NCBI GenBank assembly: GCA_051294905.1
Contig: CM119372.1
Location: 8,806,001-8,870,000 of the forward strand
Source of the DNA: Botryllus schlosseri
Lineage: Eukaryota
Reading direction: 5' to 3'
Length of the DNA: 64,000 nt
Position numbers and translations under genes: made by a program. Of this stretch, positions 52,710-64,000 are shown one piece after another (the stretch's first letter is position 1; every line of letters begins with the position of its first letter). Under the pieces are notes generated by a model, which searched no databases, was not told where the DNA came from, and saw only the letters and a list, made by a program, of their open reading frames with translations.

Positions 52710-53774
52710 GCTACTATACCAGTGCCACTTAACAGTGTATGTTTATGGGTATTTTCGATCTAAAAGCAATTTCATAAAAATTTAAGTGCATGTAGTATAA
52801 TGTGATCTGCATTTACAAATATTTGGTTATATCATTGAAATCATATTAGTTGATCTGATTGCCATTGATAAGTTTGTGTAGTACTGCTCGAGTGCTCGAC
52901 TTGATACCATCTTACTATAACAGTTTGACAGCATCGCTATAGTCGCTACGCATGCAGTATATCTACTAAATACTAATTATATTACAATACGACTGGAATA
53001 GCAGATTTTGTGAAAATGCATATCATTTTTTTCTTTATGAACGGATAAAAACATGTCGATCTTGAACCTTTAATCTTGAAGGTGAGTCTGAGCTCTCTAT
53101 CGTTAGGAAGGTCAATATGTAGACTAGTAAATCAATCACGTGTTGACACGATACTCCCAAGACCCCAGCTGCGCTCGCATCCAATATCCAAAAATTGAAT
53201 GAAGTAGTATAGGGTTTTTCTACGCTGTTTGCGAAGTAAGCGTCTCATCTATCACCATGGTATCGATGGTTTCTGATTATCCAGGTTGATGCAGCTCCCT
53301 GGTTTCAAATGAGGTTTCCTAGAAAATTAGGTCAATTGAACCTCGCTTGGAAAATATGTTACGATGCAGAAATAAACTTGTGCAACCGATTAAGTCGCAA
53401 TTTTTACATCGCCTATGCCAGGTGGGTGTCTGATCTCGAAGACTACTCCGAGTCGTTTCGACACCTTCCATCTTTCATTGTCAATCAATCAATCAGGTTT
53501 ATTAATATTTTCACCGTTTCAAACATCACAAGACTGCAATACAATGAAAAGATAGGAAGGTGTCGAAACAACTTGGAGTAGCCTTACCATATTTTGGAAA
53601 TCTAAAAAGAGGACACTTTTTCAGAAATTTGAGACTTGCAACACCGGAGAAGAGTTCTCAAAAACCGGTGAATCTTTCCCACTGGATGACTAAAAAAAAA
53701 GGTCATCTTTCAGCCCAGAGCTACAATCAACCGTTTTTCACTCCGAAATACCCGCCGGAGCGTCACTTCTGTGC

Positions 53775-54210
53775 AAATAGGGTCCATCAAACCACTAGGT
53801 GTCGCCAGACTCTAGGTGGTAACCGCCGTTGTTACGTACGTGGTTGCCGTTATCAGAAACCTGTAGGTTAGTTTCTCGATTGTGTAAGGGTATTTTATAT
53901 GGAAATAATGGCTACAACATATTCTACGTGGACCGTGAGCTCCCTATAATATGAACTAAAACTTCGGAAACTTCTGGTGCTGAGCTGGTAGCCGACATTT
54001 AGTTGACAATTTCACATTCTCACCTAGTTATCAAATCGGCCTTATTTCCTTCCGTAGAAGCTTTCCGAAGTTTTCGTTCATTTTATAGCGAGTTCACGGT
54101 CCCCGTAGAATATGTTACCTACAGGTTTCTGAATACGGCAACCGCATATGTAACAAAGGCGGTTACCACCTAAAGTCTGGCGACACCTAGTGGTTTGATG
54201 GACCCTATTT
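53775..54210. mobile_element. Palindromic MITE flanked by TA, nested in a tagggttaccata/aggac-repeat MITE
   Basis: Arms gggtccatcaaaccactaggtgtcgccagac... / ...gtctggcgacacctagtggtttgatggaccc; host element ends ggtaacccta at ~54369 and is related to the element starting at ~44689. Confidence 0.85.
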
Positions 54211-54374
54211 ACGGCATTTCACTGGCAATTTGCTCTAAATCTGACCTAAATTTTCAAAAAAGAGGACAAAATCTCAAAAAAGAGGACAAAAGGGCGTCCT
54301 CCGAGGACACTTTCAAAAAAGTCAAAAAAGAGGACAAATCCTCTTAAAAGAGGACGTATGGTAACCCTACTTTA

Positions 54375-56480
54375 AGATCAGACACCCACCTTAGCCTAGG
54401 GCCTAGGCGAAGTAAATAAGAGGCATGCACAACTGAATGAAAAGTGATGCAGAGAATATAAGACGTAAGCGACAAAATGAGGAGGCATGTGGCGGCGGGC
54501 GAGGTCGATGTTAGGTCGGGGTCCGGTAATCCTAAAGACTGACTAGTAGGCCTATTCATCTAGAACAGTGGTTCCCAACCTTTTTCGACTCATCGCCCCC
54601 TTTTCAAACTCCACACCGATCATCGCCCCCCAAATATTGGGAACCGAAAAATGGGCATACAGACTGAAATCACCGGCGAGTTGAGGAAAAAGCGTCAACT
54701 TTTCGGCTCGACCTCGAACTTAAGTAATTAATTCTCGCGAAGCGCGAAAAATTTCTATCATTCGTGATTGAATCGGTCAATATGATCGGGAATTGCATAT
54801 ATATTGCTGCCAATTTTTTATCCTCTCTCTGCTCATGTATTCAGATTTACCGGTACAGCTGAGTGAGGTGTCTTGGAAAATGTAGGGCCCGTAAATAATA
54901 ATTGAACATATTCGGGCGGACCCGTGGGTATAATGACTTCGTTACGTAATGACATTTCGTGGCTTGTCTGTTATGTCAAAAGATATTCAAATCGCCCATA
55001 CGTACTAAACTAAAAGACGCACACTATTTCAAATTGGTATTTCTGCACTGGCAATTGATTTTTGTCAACGAGATGGCATTTTTTGTGGGGTTCTGATTGC
55101 CAGCACAGGAACATTTGGCGCCAGCCATTTAGGCACCTATGGACAATTAAATATATATATGTATATCGTATATATATCGAAGTCGGTCAGCATAAAGGCA
55201 GTCCTTTTCCACCAAGGTTTTCTCGTTCTGGCACACTTCTCGGAGTCGCATGTTACATGACCTGAAACTTCATACGTCTTGGTGCGTCATGGTGTGATAA
55301 TGGCTGACGTCGAGATGCCCATTTCTATACATCTTGCGCATTATTTCTTGGAGGAAAGGTATCCAATAAGAAAGAAATATGTGACCACGAAATGGCGCGC
55401 AGTGCGAAATTTTTTTGAACAAGTTTCCTAAATTTCCAAAAGAATATACTTTATAATTAATATTAATTCACGAAAAAATTGTGGGCACCCTTCGAGCTCG
55501 CCCCCCCCCCCCCATCTCAGTTGGGGTCATGGACGCCAATATAGCCATTTCAACGCGCCATCGCCCCCCTATCGCCCCCTTCGTCCGTTTTAGCCCCCCT
55601 ATCGCCCCCTTGGCTATTTTTGCCCCCCTGTACCGACAAATCGCCCCCTGGGGGGCGATATCGCCCACGTTGGGAACCACTGATCTAGAAGAAATTGCTT
55701 ATGCTTGTATTTCGACTTGAACGCCGACATGCTCGACGACTGTCGGATAGCCGGCGAGAGGCTGTTCCACAATTGGGGTCCGGCATAGTTGATAGAGCAA
55801 TGCGTTTTCTTGTATTCAGTCCTGATCATAATAGTAGTTGTTCTTCGTTGACGCGTGTGTGCCGTACTTGTGCGCTTTTGTCTCCGAGGTGAAGAAGTCG
55901 TTGAAATTTGAGGGACATTGACCGCAATGGCACTGATACATAAAGTTGGCAATTTCTAGCTTCTAGCTTGTATCGCAGTCTTATGCTGGTGCATTGATAT
56001 GATGAAAATAGTAGGAATAAATTTAATTGAATTTTCAAAATTTTCTTCTAGTTGCAAGCATAGCGCCTTTGGTTGCAAGATTTTGAAGTGGATTTAGACT
56101 AGAGTCGGCATATCTTTTGAATTTGGACTTCTCTTTGAATCTCGAGTCTGGGACAGGATTGTGATTTGAAAATATAAAATCGGACTTCATATCTGAATAA
56201 TGATTCGGCTCATGCGAGGACTCTGTCGAACACCATAACAACGCCATTATTGCGACCTGCGCGCGGAGTGGCCTCTGAACATTCCACATTAATCCACAAT
56301 CCGCATTCCACATACATACAGTCAACGCTAGAATACGACGCATAGTTTGAATAAGTAACCTACAGTTGGATGAGTCTTCGCCGACATCTGGATGCAGGCG
56401 AAATGGGTGCAACTTTCGCATTAAATCTACGGATGTAAAGGTGGTCATAGTAGCCAGCGTTGACGCCCAAGTAGGAGTAG
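54375..56480 (-). mobile_element. Internally deleted CR1/L2-type LINE interrupted by the 54566 transposon
   Basis: 3' UTR at 54375-54557; ORF2 end SINYAGPQLWNSLSPAIRQSSSMSAFKSKY at ~55700-55810; Cys/Trp-rich, possibly PHD-derived remnant at ~56230-56330. 5' boundary approximate. Confidence 0.6.
54566..55682. mobile_element. Non-autonomous hAT element with ATCGCCCCC subterminal repeats
   Basis: TIR cagtggttcccaac / gttgggaaccactg; perfect TSD atctagaa. Confidence 0.93.
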
Positions 56481-56556
56481 AAGAAACACCGTAAATTTAT
56501 ACTTATAGTTACAAGTAGAAGTAGCGATTCGCAAGATTTGTCAAAACTACTTTAAT

Positions 56557-56813
56557 CGAGCGAGATAGTGTAATGGTTGTGCGTCCGGCTTCTCGATCGG
56601 TAGGTCGTGGGTTCGATCCCCGGCCGGGTCTGACCAAAGACTCAAAAACTGGTATCCGCGGCTATCCTGCTATAGGCGCTCAGCAATCACGGATAACATG
56701 GAGGTGAAAAAAAACGGGGGTGCAGACTAGATGACCTTACTATAAAGGCCGTATCGCCGTCGTCAAAGCATTCTCGATGGTGCAGGCGAAAATGAATACC
56801 ATATCTCTCTCTC
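56557..56813 (+). mobile_element. tRNA-derived SINE, second copy of the 26873 family
   Basis: Highly similar to 26873-27128 over its full length, with a (TC)n tail. Confidence 0.85.
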
Positions 56814-57839
56814 ACTCAAATAAATATAGTATATTATTTGGTCGAGGAGTCGCATACTTTTATAGCAGTTAACCGTAGGTGGCTATTTCAGGGAGGAATC
56901 TGCGTGATCGACACAAAATTACTAATATGACACTACAAATTATCAACATCAGTAATTTCTCTATCATTTATATCAATTCAAGAATTCAACGATTACCTCT
57001 CCTTGAAAAAAATGAATTTTGCTCATAAATTAGGACTTCAATTCTCCACCATTTCGCCGTTCACGTCTCCATCAGCTGACAACCACTAGGTAAGACTTGT
57101 GGTCCTAAGGTACGTTCAAGTTAATGTGTTCATCAGTGTATCACAATCTCGTGATGTTATCAGAAAATCATTCTGAAGTTGTCGAAAGGAGTTACAGATT
57201 TCCGCATTAATAATTGCTATTATGAGTTAGTAAACGTAAAAGAACAGTTGAGGGGTGCCGTATAGATTCTACAATGATGAGGCGAATTCCTACATGTTTC
57301 TCAGATACGAAAACAAAATATCATTGCCTGGTCAAATTGCTTTGTCACTGCGAAAGGAAATGATTCGCTTGCGGGAGGAAGTTGAATAACGACTAATATG
57401 ATTGTGATAAATCATATGCCTACCTACATGTTTGTTCCCCTCACCGAATATATGTTTGACGATACGACTTTCGTCTCGTTTGTGAGCAGTGTGAGTACGC
57501 CCCCTTTTCAATATCTGCAAATGAATGCCGCGGCTCAAGGCTCTCACCTTCCGCACGATCACCGTGACTCGACAAAAGCAACCTGTTCACTGTGTTCACC
57601 CTTCACCTTATTTGTAAACGAGCAGGGCATGAATCGAGCGGTAAACTGCGCAGAAGGAACAGATCGTTCGTGACTCCGGCGCCGTATCTAGCAGTTAGTT
57701 GTAATCTGCCCAAACCCGTTAGTGATGTATATATAGTTCGATGATAAGCGAAAAGCACATTGACTAAGAAAGCAAATTCAACGGCCAATACTTTTTCAGG
57801 GTACTACAGTTACTGCTACGTATACTGTTCAACGAAGAA

Positions 57840-60800
57840 ATGAACAAGGCACTGAAATTCGTAGTTTTTCTTGGCACAACAAGGGAAGGTCGCTTAGGCG
57901 AGAGGGCAGCGAAATTCATTTTAGAACAAATTAAATCTAGAGGCCATCAAGTCGAATTCTTTGGTGAGTCCGAACTATTATTATATTTGATGCTATATTG
58001 AGGTCAATATTTTGGCCCTGACTCTTGAGCAATTGTTCAACAGTTCTCATGAGTGCAGAATACTTTAATTCATCTTGCGAATATGCAATAATTTCGTCTC
58101 GAAAATCTCGTATACTGCATTGCATACTCCCTTCCAATATTATAAAACTTGTCTCAGCAAACCTATTATCAGAAAGCCGTGAAAGGCTGTATCTGCATTC
58201 TGCACCTTCCTTGTCCAGCGGCATATGCGCATCATGCGCTTATGGTATGCATATGTGCAGATTGTCTGTATGTATATCATGAGTTGGTGTATATGCCACA
58301 AAAACATCAAGGACAAAAATATACTACGTCCTTTCCTATTATAGTCAGCAGCTGGACGTCTGTCCTACACTAGCCTACACTGCTACACATGATTGACGAT
58401 TACAGGACTAAGAATGACATTATTGTGTTTACCATCACCGATTTTCGGATTGTGCCCAACGGCATAGGCAAGAGGTGTTTTGGATGTCTGAAACACTCGC
58501 TTTTCCATGATCGAATGCCCTTCATTTTGAATTCCCAATTCCAGCTCCAATTTCATATCATAGTAACCGTTCTTTTGTATTTTGATGCGTGCTTACTGCT
58601 TAGTTATTCCAGCAACCTATACAGTATACACGATGTGACGATGATGCCCCCTTTCTCTCGTACTTTTTTCTCGTCTGTGAAATCGAGAGCAGCGAGGATG
58701 TAGTATCTAAAATCTATGTAGGTCAGGGGTCACCAACAGGCAGGCGGCTCTCGAGGTCATATTTTGCGATCTGATTTGGGATTTCGGAAGAACAGACGCT
58801 AAGCATTCCGAAATGCTCAAATAAATTTAGGTTTCAAAATAGTGTTAATGATGTTCAAAATCAGTTCTCCTCCCTAGTTGAAATCGGTGAAATGGCTTAG
58901 GCAATGACGACAACAACAGCTGATATGAATGGGAAACGGGCAATGGGCATATATTTCCTTGACGTGACAATGGCCCAGACACTTACAAACCGGTTCGTGG
59001 CTTCCCCACAGAATCAAGCGTTACGAGGAGACAAGTCTAGTACCGCTGCGTTGCTCGTTACCCCAAAATCGATTGTTCAATATTGTTCAGTCGCTGGGAA
59101 ACGCTTTCAGGTATCGAGAGCAAATTGGACGTGATGATTGCGATATTTTTGTTGTATTTATATTCCTATAATTAAATTTGTTTCGAGAGAACAAGCCGTT
59201 TTGACGTAAAGTTTTAGAAGCGTATAGTTGATAAACGGTATGGTCTATTTTGTATCGATATTGCATTTTTGCGGCCTCTACGAACTTTGAAAAGTGACCC
59301 TCGACCAGTTTTGAGTTGGCGATCCCTGATGTATGTAGTGTCGACATTACTTCATATTTAACCATATAAATAGGGCTGGGAAAAATCGAGTACCTGAGTG
59401 ATTCGATTCTGAATCACGCATTATGCTTCGAGTCGGGGATTCGAGTGTCACTCATTATGATGTAATAACAGTATGTAAGATGGCCATGTTCAAATCTGCA
59501 CCTTTTATGCGTCCACAAAGAATATAATGCCTGTTTTCCATCACATTGAAGATACTTTGGTATTTCCCGACCATGCCGATTTCATTGCGCTTTGTGAGAT
59601 GTTGTGGATTGATCATGACTTCAGAAATATGTTATTTCCAGTAATATTAGTAGCTGAGTATAGCTTTGTACGATGTGTTTCGTATGCTGCGATACGGCCA
59701 ATCAAGGTTTCAAGGCTACCACAGTGGAAACTAGTATCGAAACTATAATTCTCGTTGCTGAATTAACTTTCAGTGGCGTGGAGCGTATATTTTCAGTACT
59801 TGAAAAATTCGCGTTTTAATACTCGAGTCGAAAAATTAGAATTAGTGCTCGATTCAAATTCGAGTACTTGAATGATTGTGCCCAGTCTTACATATAAATC
59901 GGTTAGAATTGAGAGCAAACCTGTTTTTAGAATGATCTCCTTTTGCATAAACTGGCTACGCGCTTGATATTACCGCTGTAAAAACGCTTGCACATATATA
60001 AATTAAATAGACAATGAAATCGTTGCATGTTCTGGTTCGTCTTATCATTTTCATCATTTCAAAACAGATCCCGAAGTGCTGAAATTACCCATGCTGGTCA
60101 AACCGCTACATTTCTACAGAGATAGATCGACGGCCCCTGCGCAGCTTCTGGAAATGAATCAGAAGGTTATATATGTGATAACGTCGAGCTTTACGCGGGC
60201 AGGTCTTTTACGAATTGGGCCAACTGTTTTCAGATTGTGGATGCAGATGCCATTGTCGTGGTTTCCGCGGAGTACAACCACTCCATTCCTCCTGCTTTGT
60301 CCAATCTGATGGATCACTTTCCCGGAAGCTCATTCTCTTCCAAACCCTCAGGAATTATGTGCTATTCACCAGGTTTGATGTTAATTCTCAATACAGGCGT
60401 CTGCACTGAAAATCTATGTTTCCGAATTTCGACATCGCGGCGCTTATTGAATGCCGAAATTCGATAGAGAGCATTCAAATGAATTGCGCCGCGCAAATCT
60501 ATCCATTTCTAAAGTTACATGCTGCTTTGATAGGGCAATACGGCGGGGTCCGGGCTGCTATGCAGCTTCGTGCCTTCCTCGGCGAAATGGGATGCATCTC
60601 TGTTTCCAATATATTCGCGATACCGAAGATACACGAACGCTTGGATGCGGAAGGCAAACCGAGCGTAAGTCAGCTTCATTGCATACACTTTGCCATACTA
60701 ATAAAATCATATATGTGTTTGTATCCACAGTCGGACAGTGGAACCAATGATAATACCGTGAAAAACGCTGTTACATTTCTGGACCAAGTGCAGTGGTGGG

Positions 60801-60859
60801 CTGAAGCGGCAAGACATCAACGCGAGCTCAGTGCTAATGATAACACAACGAAATTTTAA
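57840..60859 (+). CDS. NADPH-dependent FMN reductase family flavoprotein; exons 57840-57963, 60068-60165, 60234-60372, 60534-60664, 60731-60859
   Basis: VFLGTTREGRLGERAA (FMN phosphate loop), ADAIVVVSAEYNHSIPPALSNLMDH, KPSGIMCYSPGQYGGVRAAMQLR; phases 1,0,1,0 match. Confidence 0.92.
58724..59328. mobile_element. hAT MITE (33630 family)
   Basis: TIR caggggtcaccaac / gttggcgatccctg; TSD atgtaggt/atgtatgt. Confidence 0.85.
59371..59890. mobile_element. hAT MITE (6406 family)
   Basis: TIR tagggctggg / cccagtctta; perfect TSD catataaa. Confidence 0.9.
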
Positions 60860-61105
60860 ACAAAACGGTCTCTGCACTTTAATTTCTTCTTTTTAATATA
60901 TTTCAAAGCTGAAAAGGTTGTTGTAATTTCACTTGCATGATCATTAGATCCTCAGGATTCCTAAAAAACGGTGAATAATTCCGTCACGTCGCCACTCGCC
61001 ATGACCGAAGATCGGATACAGCAGTATTATATATCTTGATGAAGGAATCTAACACTGTACCAAGTTTCAAGGTTGTGACTCAATAATGACAGTATTAGTA
61101 ATTAC

Positions 61106-61713
61106 TAGGGCGGTTTTTTTTTACCTAAAAAAAAGAAAATTTCGACCTAAAAAATCCAAATTTTGACTTTTTTTTGACCTAAAAAAACTGAATTTTGACC
61201 AAATTTTGACCTAACGTATGCAAATTAGGTGTTTTCCCACATAATGTTAAAACTGTACCACTTATCTTCATTTCTGGTTGGATCTGACTGTCCTAACGAA
61301 GTAGTTTGGCCTGAAAAAGCGTTTTTGGCTTAGAAACAGGCAACTTTTTACATGAGAAAAAACAATATTTTAACGAAATCTGGCCCTATGAAGAATTCCA
61401 GTGGTTACAATATGTATTATGGTAGAAATAATTAAAATAACACCATGTCTACCTATTATTTGTTTTATTTGACCGTTTATGATTCACGATGAGCAGACGA
61501 TTAGCCGTTTACAACGGTAGGCCTATAAAATAGGCTAACAGCGGTAAAATATCAAATTATAAGTTCACCGACAGTGCAAAATCTACGATACAAACAAAAT
61601 GCAAGCGTCAAAAATTTTTTGACTTCATGAAAAATTTTGACAAATTTTGTCCTAACGCTACAATTTTGACAAAATTTTGACAAATTTTGACATGTCAAAA
61701 AAAAACCGCCCTA
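61106..61713. mobile_element. hAT MITE with AATTTTGAC repeats nested in an older inverted-repeat element
   Basis: TIR tagggcggtttttttt / aaaaaaaaccgcccta; perfect TSD gtaattac; host has arms acactgtaccaagtttcaagg / ccttgaaacttggtacagtg and a homolog at ~27370-27650. Confidence 0.9.
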
Positions 61714-62235
61714 GTAATTACGTTATCAAAGTCGAGTATCCAGGGTCTGCGTGCGCTGATGTGGCATTGAGCCTAACGCATAAAGGAATTTTCGCAAAAT
61801 TTGATATTGGTATATGTGAATTTTGAAAGTGTTCCATACCGAGATGGATGGCGAAATTCGGTATGCTATATTTTGGTTGTGTTATCCCACTTCGCAGTAA
61901 GTTTCAGGATGGTCACTTAATGCTTAGCATAGTAATTCCGTTATCAAAGTCGGCAATATATCGGTGCGCGCTGATCTACCAGACACTTGAGTTCGACAAC
62001 GAAATTACTACGCTAATCATCGGGTCACAGCCTTGAAACTTGGTACAGTGCTAGATAACAGCATGAAAATATACCATCCTAAATCCTGTCACCCAACTCG
62101 ATATGGAACATACTCAAAATCAACAAAAACCAATAGCGACTTTGTCTTTAATTACTGTTGCACACGGATCGACAATAATATAGTTGTCCAAGGCATCTGG
62201 GCGTGACAGTCACGTGATTTTCCGTGTGTTCACAT

Positions 62236-64000
62236 CAGAGGTGGTCACTGGTCAGTAACGAATTACTTCTACTTTTTCGAAGTACTCAAGTAGTTTTCCT
62301 CTACTTCTGGTACTTCTGGTAAGTAGATCTTATTTTTGCTATCTCTATACTTCTACGTTGTTATATTTTGTGATCTACTTACTTACTTTTCGCCATTTTC
62401 AGTTTGTCAGGTAGAAGTAGTTCAATCCTCCAATCAGAAAGATAGCCTGATGAATTTCGTGACTGTTTTCACGGAGTATCAACATTTAATTTTCATAAAA
62501 GTTGAGTAAAGCCCAGAATTTTCCTCGCGCTTCGCGCACAGTGGATATGGAGTGACCAGCAGTATGATATCACGTAATCTAGCAGCCCATGGCGTGTACT
62601 AATCTGGAAAAGTATACTCTGACTTTTTTAGTTTTAGACCTGTTTTAGCATACCACCTTTGAAACTTTCTGGACTAAAGACATGAAATACATTTTCCGCT
62701 TTTAGAAGTAGTATTTATATTTCATTTTCAATTCCCAGTATCATATTTTGAGATCTAATTAGTATCAGTTCTTTTGTCTGCATATCATACATGTTGACGT
62801 ATAACAGCAAGTGTGCCTTTAATTTTCGGAAATAAAGCTAAACAATATGGCATTTTTACGATCCACCATATTCCACTAATCGTTGCGCGTTTACTAATCG
62901 CGCAAAGTGTTTACACCGTATCCTATACAACTTCTCCGTATTGCTCTTCGACTAAACTACGGGCCCTATGGGGGAGGACGCCATACCATGATATATTCTA
63001 AAACGTGCTTTTCGAGTTACAGAGGATTTACAGATTTCCATATCAATACTATTATTTTCATCCCATGATGCGGACGAATGCTTATTAGGACTCTTCAAAA
63101 ATGACCTTTTTTCTCAAATCGTACTGGCTACTTGATAAAATTGTTAGGTTACCTAATTTAAGCCTACACACAAAATTTGGTTCAATTCCAGCCAGTAACC
63201 GCTTTGCTACAGGAGAAGAAAGTTTCTATTTATTATGTAAAAATAAATAATAAAAAATTTGAAAATTTTCTGTTCACCACATGAAAGTGTTAGGCTGTCT
63301 ATAGAAACGATGCTCACGAAATTTCGTTCAATTCCAACCAGTGGAAGCGGAGTTATTGCCGTCGAAAAATTTGGATTTGAATAAAATAGTATTTACGGTG
63401 ACCGATTCTTTGTTTATTTATTATAGTTGTGCTCACCGTAAATACTATTTTATTCAAATCCAAATTTTTCGACGGCAATAACTCCGCTTCTACTGGTTGG
63501 AATTTAACCAAGTTTGGCGTGCATCGTTTCTATAGACAGCCTAACACTTTCATGGGGTGAACAGAAAATTTTCAAATTTTTTCTCATTTATTTTTAGATA
63601 ATAAATAGAAACTTTCTTCTACTGTAGCAAAGCGGTTACTGGCTGGAATTGAACCAAATTGTGTGTGTAGGCTTAAATTAGGTAACCTAACAATTTTATC
63701 AAGTAGCCAGTACGATTTGAGAAAAAAAAGTCATTTTTGAAGAGCCCTAATGCTTATGCTGTCGAAAATTGGATACCTCTTGGTATGCATCAATATAAAT
63801 CAAGCTCTGTACCCTTCGCATAGCTTAATTTCTAGCTTTTGACAGTCCATGCGAACGAATCACGATCGTTTTCACGATTACTTACTTACTTGAGTAGATC
63901 TAAAAAATGTCAATTCTACTTCTACTTCAAGTAGTTTTAGGTTGCATATGAAAAAAGTACTTCTACTCGTACTTGAGTAGATTTTTTCGTCGCTATTTCT
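62236..64000. mobile_element. hAT-type element with TACTTC/AGTA subterminal repeats, truncated by the window end
   Basis: Begins cagaggtgg...agtaacgaattacttctact; similar repeat arrays resume at ~63880-64000; right TIR not in the window. Confidence 0.6.
63086..63749. mobile_element. 664-bp near-perfect palindromic (foldback) MITE
   Basis: Arms of ~320 bp, termini taggactcttcaaaaatgac / gtcatttttgaagagcccta; perfect TSD atgcttat. Confidence 0.95.

Overview
AT-rich genomic DNA from an invertebrate animal (spliceosomal GT-AG introns, many only ~50-100 nt; the taxon cannot be fixed from sequence alone). Genes reconstructed by reading exons and checking intron phases: a secreted LRR/mucin/fibronectin-type-II protein (958-10502 +), CZIB, PPIE, POLD4, RFC4, MDM1, ABT1, a multi-exon CHD1, C18orf32, TMEM161 and an NADPH-dependent FMN reductase. 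C18orf32, the FN2 exon and the conserved part of POLD4 are absent from the ORF track. Introns and intergenic DNA are crowded with non-autonomous hAT-type MITEs (8-bp TSDs), palindromic MITEs, tRNA-derived SINEs and CR1/L2-type LINE 3' ends. The best leads are: (1) a 44-aa upstream ORF filling its own exon in the CHD1 leader, which looks like a conserved peptide uORF; (2) an intronless 265-aa ORF nested antisense in a TMEM161 intron whose C-terminal ~140 aa follow the motif order of IL-1-family beta-trefoils; (3) a cluster of four intronless housekeeping genes with a possible CZIB-PPIE bicistron or trans-splicing; (4) a minimal hammerhead ribozyme in a Penelope-like hairpin. All homology calls are from recall and manual reading; no searches were run.
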